From assembly GCA_964016885.1 (NCBI GenBank), contig OZ024743.1, positions 89,962,001-90,026,000 of the forward strand: a DNA stretch of 64,000 nt. The letters are read 5' to 3'. This document shows, one piece after another, positions 11,867-27,034 of this stretch. The notes under the pieces were generated by a model that worked only from the letters and a program-made list of their open reading frames with translations, was not told where the DNA came from and did no database searches. Position 1 is the first letter of the stretch, and each line of letters opens with the position of its first letter. This DNA is from Eledone cirrhosa (lineage: Eukaryota). The position numbers and the translations under genes are program-made.

Positions 11867-14525
11867 TAAAATAACAGATTAAAGTTTAGGCAAAGAATCG
11901 CTGCTTTCACCCTTAACGGGATCTTCTGAAACTAACAAAGTCAATCTGTAAACGCAGAACTGGATATTTCAAAAAACGTTGCAACCGGAGGAAGACAGGA
12001 AGACGATACTTTGGTTCGTGGTAACGTTCACTGGCAAAGAACGGGGAAAAACGAATAATACGTCATTAATAGGAGCGGTGAAAAACAATTACGCGCAAAG
12101 ACAAAACCACGTTCATGGTATAAAAGAGGTCGTAGACTAATGTTCTCTTAGGTGGTGCATAGAGACGTTCTCTGGCAATGAACGAAAAAACGAAGATAAT
12201 AAGTCATATGTGGAGCGTGGAGAACAATAGCACGCAAAGACAAAACCACGTAAATGGTATAGCAGAAATCGTAGACTAAAATTCTAACTAGGAGACCAAA
12301 TGAATCTCCGCTACAGAGTTAAGAACAAAGTAAATAAATACAATACAGAAGTAATAGGAACAAATAAATACATACACGCAATCAGATACGTACATAGACA
12401 AGCATACGCAAAACCTTACCATGGGTATACAAAACCACGCACATATAAATATGTGCGTGTGTGTATGCTTGTGTACAAATAAATAAATAATTATATAAAC
12501 GTATATAAGTAAATAAATACGTATATAACAAGCGCACATGCATACCTACATATAAATACACGAATGTTCGGAGACGTAAGTCAACTAAAACAAGAAGTAC
12601 ACATATATACACACACCCACCATACGTACGAACCTGCACACTCACGCGGACGCAAAACTCCCGTATACACATAGCCAAACCCTAAATACCAGAATATGTA
12701 AAAATTATACGCTATAACAGTCAAATATACGTACGAGAAGGTATACATACCTTCACAAAACATACGGGTAATATATACTTACCTATGCAAATACGTAAAG
12801 GAATAAACAAAACATATACTTAGCTCCCACATCAAGACGTAAAATATCCACGTATAGATCGTGCTATCCGTTAGGGTATAACGTGGGGCTGTAATACAGG
12901 AAAGTTTTGTGCAATTTATGTTTACAAGCCGAAATTGCCTCAGATTTTTTGTTTAAGATGTGGTCTGTAGCGTAGAGTATTTCCAGGGCCTCAGCGGCGC
13001 AGAGGTCACATGGTCTTTTATTTCCGTTATACGATCTAGCCCTAGCTAGGATCTCCCAGTGTAACTTATATTGGGTGTGGTTGTCTTTTAGACTCCAGAT
13101 ATAAGCTGAAAGTGACGTCATATTCCCTCTTAGAGGGTAACGAAAAGAATGGGTATGCATGTAAAGACGCTGCTTGAAACTATTGGCGGTTAACCCTATG
13201 TAGGCCCTACGGGACGTGGGTGTTACAACCTTACATTTGTAGACAATGTTACTAGAGAGGCATTTCCCGGATAGGGGGCAATCAGCCCGATTCCTACAAT
13301 TACAGTTAGTACTACCTACAGGGTTGCACGCGTTCCTACGGCTAGGTAGTTTAGCTAAATTTGAAGCTGTGATGTTATGTGCAAGGTTAGGAGTCGTAGA
13401 GTAAGAAATTTTAATAGTATTTCTATTAAAAATTTTACTATATTTATGTGTAGGGGGAAAATGCTTCGTAATAAGAGAAAGAAAGATCTTAGCTAATGGT
13501 GTGGCCACCTCCATATTATATGGTGGGTTAAACCAACAAATGCGACGGGATCTATTTCTTCTAGGTCTATTTTCGTACTCTGTATATGCTACCTTATCGA
13601 CAAATCCACTTCGAGCAAGAGCTTCGTTGTAATAAGTGGAATGGTCGTTGAAAATGCGCTCGTTGGTGGACAGACGGGAAAGCCTCAACGAAACGTTTCT
13701 TACCAGGTTCTTGGTTATGCTGGCAGGATGGTTGGAATGCTTACTTATGTAATTAAGCGTATCATTCGGCTTTCTATACGGGTAATACAACCCATTCAAT
13801 AAATTGAGGGTAACGTCGAGGTAATTAACGACCGAGAGATTGGCCTCAATCTCGAAAGTCGGTGATTAATTTCGACGACTCTATTTGGATTAAAAAATCC
13901 AATAGTACCCCATTCGACGTGAGTATGGGCGCCAGTGACTCTGCGTATTTAGGGTTTGGCTATGTGTATACGGGAGTTTTGCGTCCGCGTGAGTGTGCAG
14001 GTTCGTACGTATGGTGGGTGTGTGTATATATGTGTACTTCTTGTTTTAGTTGACTTACGTCTCCGAACATTCGTGTATTTATATGTAGGTATGCGTGTGC
14101 GCTTGTTATATACGTATTTATTTACTTATATACGTTTATATAATTATTTATTTATTTGTACACAAGCATACACACACACACATATTTATATGTGCGTGGT
14201 TTTGTATACCCATGGTAAGGTTTTGCGTATGCTTGTCTATGTACGTATCTGATTGCGTGTATGTATTTATTTGTTCTTAACTCTGTAGCGGAGATTCATT
14301 TGGTCTCCTAGTTAGAATTTTAGTCTACGATTTCTGCTATACCATTTACGTGGTTTTGTCTTTGCGTGCTATTGTTCTCCACGCTCCACATATGACTTAT
14401 TATCTTCGTTTTTTCGTTCATTGCCAGAGAACGTCTCTATGCACCACCTAAGAGAACATTAGTCTACGACCTCTTTTATACCATAAACGTGGTTTTGTCT
14501 TTGCGCGTAATTGTTTTTCACCGCT
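11863..14525 (-). mobile_element. 5'-truncated PLE (family C) with inverted RT fragment and inverted 3' UTR copy
   Basis: (TA)n, then 3' UTR 11863-12863, then ORF to ~13860 on the minus strand. On the plus strand, an RT piece (13862-13946) is followed by a near-identical inverted copy of 12075-12689 at 13946-14525. Confidence 0.9.
12864..13860 (-). CDS. PLE RT thumb, CxCx5C motif and GIY-YIG endonuclease (5'-truncated, open frame)
   Basis: VNYLDVTLNL, RICWFNPPYN, KIFNRNTIKISYS, CNCRNRADCPL, NIVY...YIG, CDLC, LNKKSE..SACKH. Confidence 0.92.
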
Positions 14526-15035
14526 GAAAATAAAAACTGCCACCAAATTATAGCACAACCGGCCTGATATTGTTGTTTGGGACCACACATTGAAAATGTG
14601 TTCTGTTGTGGAGATCAGCTGCCCACTTGATGTAAACGTTGTCAGAAAAATACAGGAGAAGGAGTACATCTACGGACCATTGATGAGGAGTTTGCAAATC
14701 CAGTATCCAAGATACACCTTTAGCTTCATCCCCATCATCATTGGAGCTACAGGTTATATACCAACCCGCTTGGACCAAAGTATAACTGAACTTGGATTTG
14801 CGGACAAAGAGCACAGTTCCCTAATTCATAGTCTACAAATGGCTGCGATAGCTGGCACCTTCAAAATTTGCAGAACATTCTTGCGATTCAAGGGATGACA
14901 ATTTCTATTCTTTTACAACCTTGCCACCAGGAAGGTGGCCGGTCAAAAAAATATACTCGAAATTAAGAGAAAGAGATAACATACATACATACATACATAC
15001 ATACATACATACATACATACATACATACATACATA
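14526..15035 (+). mobile_element. 3' fragment of an R4/Dong-like non-LTR retrotransposon (restriction-like endonuclease), ending in (ACAT)n
   Basis: HNRPDIVVWD...VEISCPLDVNV..K..EK...Y..L...IPIIIGATG is a PD-(D/E)xK restriction-like endonuclease signature. Confidence 0.8.
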
Positions 15036-15282
15036 AAGCTAGGCAATGAGAGAGGAATACACACACACAGTCATAGACACTTGTATTTTATATACATAAG
15101 AATCAACTGAGGTATTGTTTAAAAGCTATTCTATTGATATAGTGGGTTAGTCAAAAGTAACTGTTTACTATTACAACCTAACGATATTGCTGTTTCACTT
15201 CTGTCCACTTGTTTCAGTAAATCTCTTCAGTATATCATTGTTGTTGCCATCTAACTGACACTTACCAAATATCTCCTCCATT

Positions 15283-16788
15283 AACACTACCAACACCACT
15301 GCCTCCTAAACCACCACCACCACCACCACCACCGTCACCACCATCACCACCACCACCGTCACCACAACCAACACCATTGCCTCCTAAACCACCACCACCA
15401 CCACCACCACCACCACCGTCACCACCATCACCACCACCACCGTCACCACCATCACCACTACTGCCTCCTAAACCACCATCACCACCACTGCCTCCTCAAC
15501 CACCAACACCATCACCAACAACAACAGCAACACAACCACCACCACCACCACCACAACCTCCACAACCACCACCACCACCACCGCCAACAACAACAACAGC
15601 ATAACCACCATTAACACCACCACCAGGAACAACATCACAACCATCACAACCATCTCAACTACCACCAATAACACCAATAACGCCAATAACTACACTAAAA
15701 TCAACCACCACCAACACCACCAACACAAACACCACCAACACAAACACCACTACTACCACTAACACCACCACCACCACCAATACCACCAACACCACCAACA
15801 CAAACACCACCAACACTACCACCACTAACACCACCACCACCACCAATACCACCAACACCACCACCACCAACACCACCACCACCACCAACACAAACACCAC
15901 CAACACTACCACCACTACTACCACTAACACCACCACCACCACCAATACCACCACCACCAACACCACCACCACCACCAACACAAACACCACCAACACTACC
16001 ACCACTACTACCACTAACACCACCACCACCACCAATACCACTACCACTAACACCACCACCACCACCAATACCACCAACACCACCAACACAAACACCACCA
16101 ACACTACCACCACTAACACCACCACCACCACCAATACCACCAACACCACCACCACCACCACCACCAACACAAACACCACCAACACTACCACCACTAACAC
16201 CACCACCACCACCACCACCAACACAAACACCACCAACACCACCACCACCACCAACACAAACACCACCAACACTACCACCACTACTACCACTAACACCACC
16301 ACCACCACCAATACCACCAACACCACCACCACCAACACCACCACCACCACCAACACAAACACCACCAACACTACCACCACTACTACCACTAACACCACCA
16401 CCACCACCAATACCACCAACACCACCAACACAAACACCACCAACACTACCACCACTAACACCACCACCACCACCAATACCACCAACACCAACACCACTAA
16501 CACCACCACCACCACCAACACAAACACCACCAACACTACCACCACTACTACCACTAACACCACCACCACCACCAATACCACCAACACCACCAACACAAAC
16601 ACCACCAACACTACCACCACTAACACCACCACCACCAACACCACCACCAACACAAACACCACCAACACTACCACCACTACTACCACTAACACCACCACCA
16701 CCACCAATATCACCAACACCACCAACACAAACACCACCAACACTACCACCACTACCACCACTAACACCACCACCACCACCACCACCAT
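15283..16788. repeat. (ACC)n-derived compound minisatellite with higher-order units
   Basis: Recurrent accaacacaaacaccaccaacactaccaccact blocks. The poly-Val and poly-Pro ORFs are artefacts. Confidence 0.9.
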
Positions 16789-18689
16789 AGCCTATACTGT
16801 ATCTATGTACCTTTCATTCACTGTTGTACTGTTTATGCAAAGTAGATCACGTCATTACTGTTATGTTAGTTACTAACCCTAATCCTGTTATTCTGTGGAC
16901 CACCATCACCGCCATAACCCTAGGGCGGCGCAATTAAACACACGAATATTCAGGTTGAATAACATACACATATGACGTCACACACAGTCTGTATACAAAT
17001 AAACACGATGCACAATACAGCAGAAAATATATATATAAACATAAAAATATATAATAAAAATATCTAATTTAGATACAAGTCCAGCAATTTTTTGTTTTGT
17101 TATGCAGATGTGTCCATCAGATAGACCCCAGTACATAACCGGTACTTTATTTTTACGATCCCTTGGAAAATAAAAGGCAAAATTCATCGGGGTGGAATTT
17201 GATCTGTGAATGTAACGACAGTCTTAAAACAAAAGCCACAAAGCATGTTGTCCAACGCTATAACAATTCTATCAATCCACGTCCTTTAGCCTATAAATAA
17301 TAACTGCAATTACCCCAGTGCATTACTGGTACTTTAAGAAAAAAAGCCATCCGTCAGATCAGATCAAAGAAACTATGGTTCCATCAGTCTTTCTATTACT
17401 GATACTTTATTGATACTTTATTGATACTATTTTTGAAAGACGGGGAGAAAAAAGCCATACTATGGTTCCATCAGTCCTTCTATTACTGATTCTATATATT
17501 ATCGACTGCAATTACTGGCAACAACGTAACTACTTTTCAATTAACAGGATGTGTTATTTAAACTCAAAAGGTTTATAACTGGGAACAGATACCGCAATAC
17601 ATCAGGTCCGACGCTTTAACAATTCCACCAAACCATCGTTCCCTTGGAACGACCCCTGAAAGGATGCAAGGCAAAGTTGACGTCGAAGACAGTTGAACGC
17701 TGCGCCCAGAGACCGGGAACAAATAGCGAAGCGGTTAACACGACCTTCTAACAACTCTGTCAATTTGATGCCTGAAAATAGAGAACTGTAAGGCCGGCGT
17801 GGAAGCCAAGAATAAGTAAACATTCTGTGGACTGTTTAACTTTATCAACCACTCCATCCACAACGCAACCCCCCACTCTATCCACCACTCCATGCCCCAC
17901 TTCATCCCATCACTCCATCCTCCATTCCATCATCCACATCACCACAATCCCATTCCATACCCCCGCCTCCTTCCACAAAAGAAACAACAATGGACATCAC
18001 TGCAAATGGTTGTTAAGAGAAATATTAATATATTTCTCTTGATGTGGATGATGGAATGGAGGATGGAGTGAGAGGATGAAGTGGGGCATGTTTTCGCCAT
18101 CTTGTCCGCGGGTTCAGCTAAGAGTGTAGCGTTTGCCCCACCCCACCTCCATTTTTCCCCTTCTTTTTTTATTTGATTAATTTCCACCCATCCACCACCA
18201 CCACCACCACCATCCTCCCACCACCACTATTTTCTTTTTCTCTCTTTCTGTTTATAAAGATATACAATTGAATATGAAATTTTGAATTAATAAAAGTTTT
18301 GGTTCTTCTTGGGATAAAATGCAAATACGTTCTGAAAAATCTAGAAATTGACAGTTTCAATCTCTAAGTCAGATCATCCATTAAAAATATAATACTATTT
18401 ATGGCAAATGTTTCTCTAGTCTTCTTTTTATATTTATTTTATTTTCAAAATCCTTCCTCATCGAGTCCCACCACTAACCATCCCAATGTCTTTTAATTTA
18501 AAAAGAAAAGTAAACATTTTCTGCCATTATTACTGATCAAGATAATTCTTCTATCATTTAAACCTCACCCCCACTCCACCCCATCACAATTCCAGTTCTT
18601 CTTCCTACTGCTGTGACGTAAATATTCCTATTCCAATCGATTTGTTCGGACAGTCTCCGATAGCTCACAGTAATTTACAAAATAAATAC

Positions 18690-18709
18690 TGGTGGCGCCC
18701 TCTAGCTAG
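18690..18709 (-). promoter_or_regulatory. Candidate CTCF-like motif
   Basis: The minus strand reads agctagagggcgccacca, resembling the CTCF core, in non-repetitive DNA. Motif match only. Confidence 0.3.
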
Positions 18710-18889
18710 ATTTTCAGTAAATGTTAATGAGATTTTTCTGTTATTCAGTAAGAAGATACTGAATTTGTGGTATCAGTTTCCAGATGAACATAAATAATAT
18801 TTCTGTTTATTTTGGTCTAACAATCTATCAGATCCCGGATCGTGTTCAGATAAATATTCCGGAATAACGGTACCTTACATTCAATATCC

Positions 18890-19215
18890 TGGCGGCGAAA
18901 TGGCAGAGTCGTTAGAACATCGGAAAGAATACTTTGCGGTATTCGTTCTGGCGTTCTTCTCTATGAGTTCAAATCCTGCTGAAGTCAATTTTGTCTTTCA
19001 TCCTTTCGAGGTCGATAAAAAGGCACCAGTTTAGTACTGGGGTCGATTCTTTCTCTATATCTCTTTCTCACTTCCTTTCTTTCACCTTCTATCGTTCTCT
19101 GGAAAAAATCTGATTTATTCAAATCCAGAGCGGGATGGGCTCCGCCATACTTAAAATTCCCTAGAAACGTCATTGCAGTGACCCTACGACTCCATCAGGA
19201 GTTATGAGACCATGC
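18890..19215 (+). mobile_element. Composite SINE: tRNA/Nin head plus a distinct ~170-nt tail
   Basis: The same head and tail arrangement occurs at 19460-19790, 51335-51655 and 52540-52745. Confidence 0.7.
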
Positions 19216-19459
19216 ATGAATACTTTCAATATCATAAAAAGATAATTTGGTAAAATGTTTTAAAATCACAGAACTTCAATATTTATAAATAGTGCTGTTG
19301 TTGTTGTGACTGCTAATATATATATGCCCCTGAATTGGTTCTTTATTTATCGAGCCTGTAAAGATAAAAAGTAAGGTTGACCGTGGTCAGAGTGCAAGGA
19401 TTGGAACAAATACTGACAACATAACGACTCTATCAATTCGTCCCCTATTTCAATGAACT

Positions 19460-19790
19460 GGGCGTCGAATTGGCAGAGTCGTTAGAACGTCGGATAGAAA
19501 GCTTTATGTTATTCATTCCGGTTCTCTGAGTTCAAATCCCGCCGAGGTCAACTTTCTCTTTCATCCTTTCGAGGTCGATAAAAAAAAGTAGCAGTCTAGT
19601 ACTGGAGTCAATACTTTCTCTGTATCACTTTCTCCTTTCCTCTTTCTCATTTTTTTTTATCTTTCTCTGGAAGAAATCTGCTGTACCCAGGCCTGGAGAG
19701 GGATGGGCTCCGCCAGGCGTAAAATGCCCAAGAAACGTCGTATGTCAATATGGCGCCCCTACAACTCTATCAGGAGTTACGGGACCATAT
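19460..19790 (+). mobile_element. Composite SINE (second copy)
   Basis: A-box-like tggcagagtcgttag, B-box gagttcaaatccc, Nin core, and tail ...gggatgggctccgcc...ggcgcccctacaactc. Confidence 0.7.
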
Positions 19791-20355
19791 ATACTTACAT
19801 ACATGAAACAGAACATAAATCAACTGAAAGCCTTCAATAAAAGAATTAAGTGCCCCTAATTTGTTTGCATCAACAATGATAATGTTTATATATCCATAAT
19901 TGAATCCCTTCTATCTCCACTGTGTTATTCTTCTTTTATTACTGCCGAAATTTGGCGGAAATTTGATCGTAGATTCTATCAATGAAATTCTCTAAAATAA
20001 CAGCCTCCAGCTCCAACACAACTTTCGTCACCACTAAAATAGAATTAAGTTTCAGTGATATGACAAACGTGATATTAAAGCTCAAATTCACTTTAAATAA
20101 ATGATTTCCACAAAGTTTTTATTGACAAATACAAAACAGATATTTTCTGTCTTGACAAAAGAAAAAACCTTTTTTTTTCTCTTTGAAATCTTTATTGTTT
20201 TCTTTTTGTATTTTATTTTATTTTATTTTATTTTATTTTATTTGTTTTTTTTTTTGTATAATTTTTGTTTTCCTGGCAATTTTCGTTTTACAGTGGTTAA
20301 ATAATGAGCTGGTTATTTCATTTAGACGCAAACACACTCTATCTATCCCCTCCCC

Positions 20356-20390
<35 letters not shown>

Positions 20391-20467
20391 GCATACACAC
20401 ATTTTCTCTCTCTTTCTCTATATTTTCTATTTCCCTCACACACATATTTCCACTTTCTCTCTCTCTC

Positions 20468-20499
<32 letters not shown>

Positions 20500-20830
20500 A
20501 TACCCCCCCCTCCACACACACATATACATAAAGAGATTTTTGTTCGTTTTGTAAGATTTGTTATGTAAACCAGTCAGTTTTGGGAGGATTATTTTACCAA
20601 TTTAAATCACATACGTTCGTTGTTATCCACTTCTTTACTGTTAACTAAATTCATCATCAGCTTGTTGGAAATATTTCGTCGCACTATTGTGACCATATCG
20701 CTGCTCTGTCAAATACCATTTAATATTTTCTGCCTTCATTTTTGACAGACTAATCCAGAGGTTAATTAACAGTTAAACAATAAAGACGTTAGCTGAAGAA
20801 GTCGATTACAAACATCGTACGTCTGTGTGT

Positions 20831-20890
<60 letters not shown>

Positions 20891-20947
20891 AAGAGTTCAA
20901 TTTATTCTGGGCACCCCACTTTAGTCAATCTTTCTAGCTGTCAAGAT

Positions 20948-21072
<125 letters not shown>

Positions 21073-21107
21073 TTACACACACACACATATATATTTACAC
21101 ACACACA

Positions 21108-21525
<418 letters not shown>

Positions 21526-21929
21526 TTATTATATATGTATGTATAATATTTATGCATAACTCGAACAAAGCAGAGCCAAATATGAACATAATAACAAAAA
21601 TGCATGCAAACATATCTTAAACACACACAAAAAAGGACGGAAATATTGTCGAAATGTCGCCACAACAATAAATTCTATGTGACAAATTGCAACAGCGGGA
21701 TAGGATATGATTGATTGTCTCAACCTAAACTATAGGACCAGCCGGAAGCTTACAACATATTTTGAGGTGCTATTACAGCATTGTTTTAGCTGTGGTGGAT
21801 AAAATAAACGAAAAGTGAAAAAAAACATTTTTCTTTAATATGCATTTATTCTTTGACTGGTTTCAGTTATTCGGCTACGGCCCTGCTAGAGCATCACCCT
21901 CTAATGATTTAGTCGATTATTTCGATCCC

Positions 21930-22460
21930 AATCCTTGCTTCTTCGCTCAGCTTCTAATGCTGAAGATGTATTACAATGTTAGCTGTTCTCTACCAGTGAA
22001 CTGAGGTAACACCCGTTATTTTTTTAGTATCCTCCGGAGTATTCGAGCTGTTCCAAGCAATGCTGTTTTATGTAAGTGTTCCGTCCGCATTACAATCCCT
22101 ATTTGTTTTATGTACTTCTCAAGATCTTTACTCACTGTTCCCAAGATTCCAACTATTATTGGTATTACCACCACCTTTGTCAGTGACCACAACTGCTTAA
22201 CCCCCCCCCCCCAAGCTAACCTGTCAAATCTATCAACTTTTCCCCTTCTTTATCGCATACCTTGTTATCAACTAGACAGGTTATATCTATGATCCAACAC
22301 TTTGCTTTCTTTCTCAATTAATACAACATCTTGTCTCCTATGCTCAATCTCATGGTCACACTGTATCACAAAGTCCCACAGGATCTTTGCATCATAATTT
22401 TCGATGACACTCTCTGGGTTATGTTTTTACCACTTTTCTGCTCTGTCAAGAGCATATCTG
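21930..22460 (-). mobile_element. Decayed R4/Dong-like LINE 3' fragment (second family)
   Basis: The minus strand translates to PESVIENYDAKILWDFVIQCDHEIEHRRQDVV, the region that normally precedes a restriction-like endonuclease. Confidence 0.65.
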
Positions 22461-22611
22461 CCACACAGTTATTATTATTATTGTTGTTATTTTGAAGTCT
22501 GGTTCTTATTTTACCGATCCCTATTCGTCGAAACACTACGTTCCATACATAAACAAACAGTAAACGTAAACAGACTGACACACATACACCCACATACACC
22601 CACATACACCA

Positions 22612-23250
22612 ATATGTTTCTTTTTCTCATTCTCTTAATTTTGAGTACATTTTTGACCGGCCACCTTCCTGGTGGCAAGGTTGTAAAAGAAAAGAAAATG
22701 TCATCCTTTGAATCGCAAAGATGTTTTGCAAATTTTGAAGGTGCCAGCTATCGCAGCCATTTGTAGATTATGAATTAGGGAGCTGCGCACTTTGTCCACA
22801 AATTCAAGTTCAGTTATACTTTGGTCCAAGCGGGCTGGTATATAACCTGTAGCTCCAATAATGATGGGTATAAAACGGAAGGTGTATCTTGGATACTGGA
22901 TCTGCAAACTCTTCATCAATGGTCTGTAGATGTCCTCCTTCTCCTGTATTTTTCTTACAACGTTGACATCAATAGGGCAGCTGATCTTTACAACAGAGCA
23001 CGTTTTCAATGTGTGGTCCCAAGCAACAATATCAGGCCGGTTGTGCTTTAATTTGGTGGCAGTTTTTATTTACAGGTTCCACCAGTTATCTTTAGTGCCA
23101 TCTATCTCAACATACTCCTCCTCATTTGTTTTTAATTTTGTTTTCCTAAGTGCGCTCCAGATGGCTCTAGCTATTACATCTTGGATACTGGATCTGTGAA
23201 CTCCTCATCAATGGTCCGTAGATGTCCTCCTTCTCTTACAACGTTGACAT
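22612..23250 (-). mobile_element. R4/Dong-like LINE 3' fragment, same family as 14526-15035
   Basis: The 102-aa ORF 22701-23009 closely matches ORF 14590-14898. Small internal duplication at 23178-23250. Confidence 0.8.
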
Positions 23251-23641
23251 GTATGTATGTGGGTGGGTGTGTGTTGGTATGTGTGTGCGTGTATGTATGT
23301 GTGCGTTTGTGTGTGTGCGCGTGTATGTGTGCGTGTGTGTATGCGTGCAATGAGCTTCCGAGCAGTTATCGTATACGAAATTTCACTTAGTCGGAGTCTT
23401 CGTCAGAAGACACTTGACCAAGGAGCCACGCAGTGAGACTGAACCCGAAACCATATGGTTTGTGTAGCGAACTTCTCATAAAAAAAAGACCACCCATAAC
23501 CACCGTGTCTGCGCCTGACTATGCCTTATGTAATCTCGTCACAAACGCCATTGTTCTAACTGTAAGTCACGTGTTAATCACATGGTCTGCACAGTCGCGC
23601 ACAGTCGCACATGCCCTCGGGTCTATCAGTGGAGGTAAATG

Positions 23642-25460
<1,819 letters not shown>

Positions 25461-25644
25461 TGTATATATACGTATATGTGTGTGTGTGTATATGAGTAGT
25501 TATGTAGTTATATACATGTACATACCTACACACACACACATATATATTTATATAAGAGAAAGGAAAGAAAGAGGGAGATAGATAGACAGAAAGACAGACA
25601 GTTACATAGATATATATATAGAGAGAGAGGGATAGTTAGTTAGT

Positions 25645-25718
<74 letters not shown>

Positions 25719-26260
25719 CATAAATAGATAGATAAGTTCTTACTATTTAACCACTCAGCCAAACTACTAAGATAGTTTAAGGTGTTTACCTCGCAATCGC
25801 GTGGTTTTGGGTTCAGTTTCGCTATGTGACACCCAGGGCAAGTGTCTCCTACTATATATGTTTACGTGAATATATGTGTATGTATGTGTGTGTGGGGGGG
25901 GGGGGTATGTCTGTGTGTGTGTGTATGTGTGAGTGTATGAGTGTCGGTCCGTGCATGTGTTTACATTTATATTTGTATTTGTGTCCCGTAACTTAGCGGT
26001 CCGTCAAAAAGGGATTGATTATATAAGTTTAGACTTGAAAATATAAGCACTGGTGTTGACATGGCTTCAGTATAATGACTAAAACTAATAAAAGAATATA
26101 CATATAAACACAAATATTCACATGCACTGATATACAGGTGTATGTATATATACATATATATATGTGTATATATATATATATACATAGGAGAAAGTATGAC
26201 TCCGACGGCAGAGCTCAAGCCGTTTCGACGTGCTTTTGCACATATGCTCCGTTGCCTACG

Positions 26261-26296
<36 letters not shown>

Positions 26297-26505
26297 CAAG
26301 GTTTAGCAAATAAGAAAAAGTTTTTAAATAAATTTTAAAAAGTTCACTGTACCTGCTATAATTACCCCTACCGCGCGGTTTCAAGTCTCAAAATAAATGG
26401 ATAATCCATGCGGAAACCCATTGAGAAGAAGACTTTCGTCAGAGGGTTCTTCTCACTCGGAGAATATAAAATTTCCGAGTTCAAATCACGAACTGGCGCT
26501 ATACC

Positions 26506-26544
<39 letters not shown>

Positions 26545-26624
26545 TTATCTTGTCTGCTTTTCCCAGATATGATGATTATATATATGCATATATATATATA
26601 TATTTATATATACACACACACTCA

Positions 26625-26677
<53 letters not shown>

Positions 26678-26680
<3 letters not shown>

Positions 26681-26822
26681 ATAATAATAAATTTGAAGAC
26701 TAAAATCTAACGTTTTTTGAAATATCCACTTCTGCGTTTACAGATTGACTTTGTTAGTTTCAGAAGATCCCGTTAAGGGTGAAAATAGCGATTCTTTGCT
26801 TAATCTTTAATCTGTTATTTTA

Positions 26823-26830
<8 letters not shown>
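26678..26830 (+). mobile_element. PLE 3' terminus (family C) between (TA)n tracts
   Basis: Reverse complement of 11863-11980. Confidence 0.75.
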
Positions 26831-26869
<39 letters not shown>

Positions 26870-27034
26870 TATATATAATCATCATATCTGGGAAAAGCAA
26901 ACAAGATAAGAATATATATATATATTTATTTACGTAAACAACGGGGCATATGTGCATAAGCACACCTGCACAGTGTCGTATTTGTGACAGTATCGTATTA
27001 GCTCAATGTACAAAAACAGACCCGTTATAGATAA

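Noticed and set aside
15377-16788. Poly-Pro, poly-Val and mucin-like ORFs
   Set aside because: They come from an (ACC)n-derived repeat with no splice or start context. A mucin-like exon cannot be excluded but is unsupported.
19460-19545. tRNA gene candidates (A/B-box-like motifs)
   Set aside because: They are SINE heads with no complete cloverleaf, followed by the Nin core.
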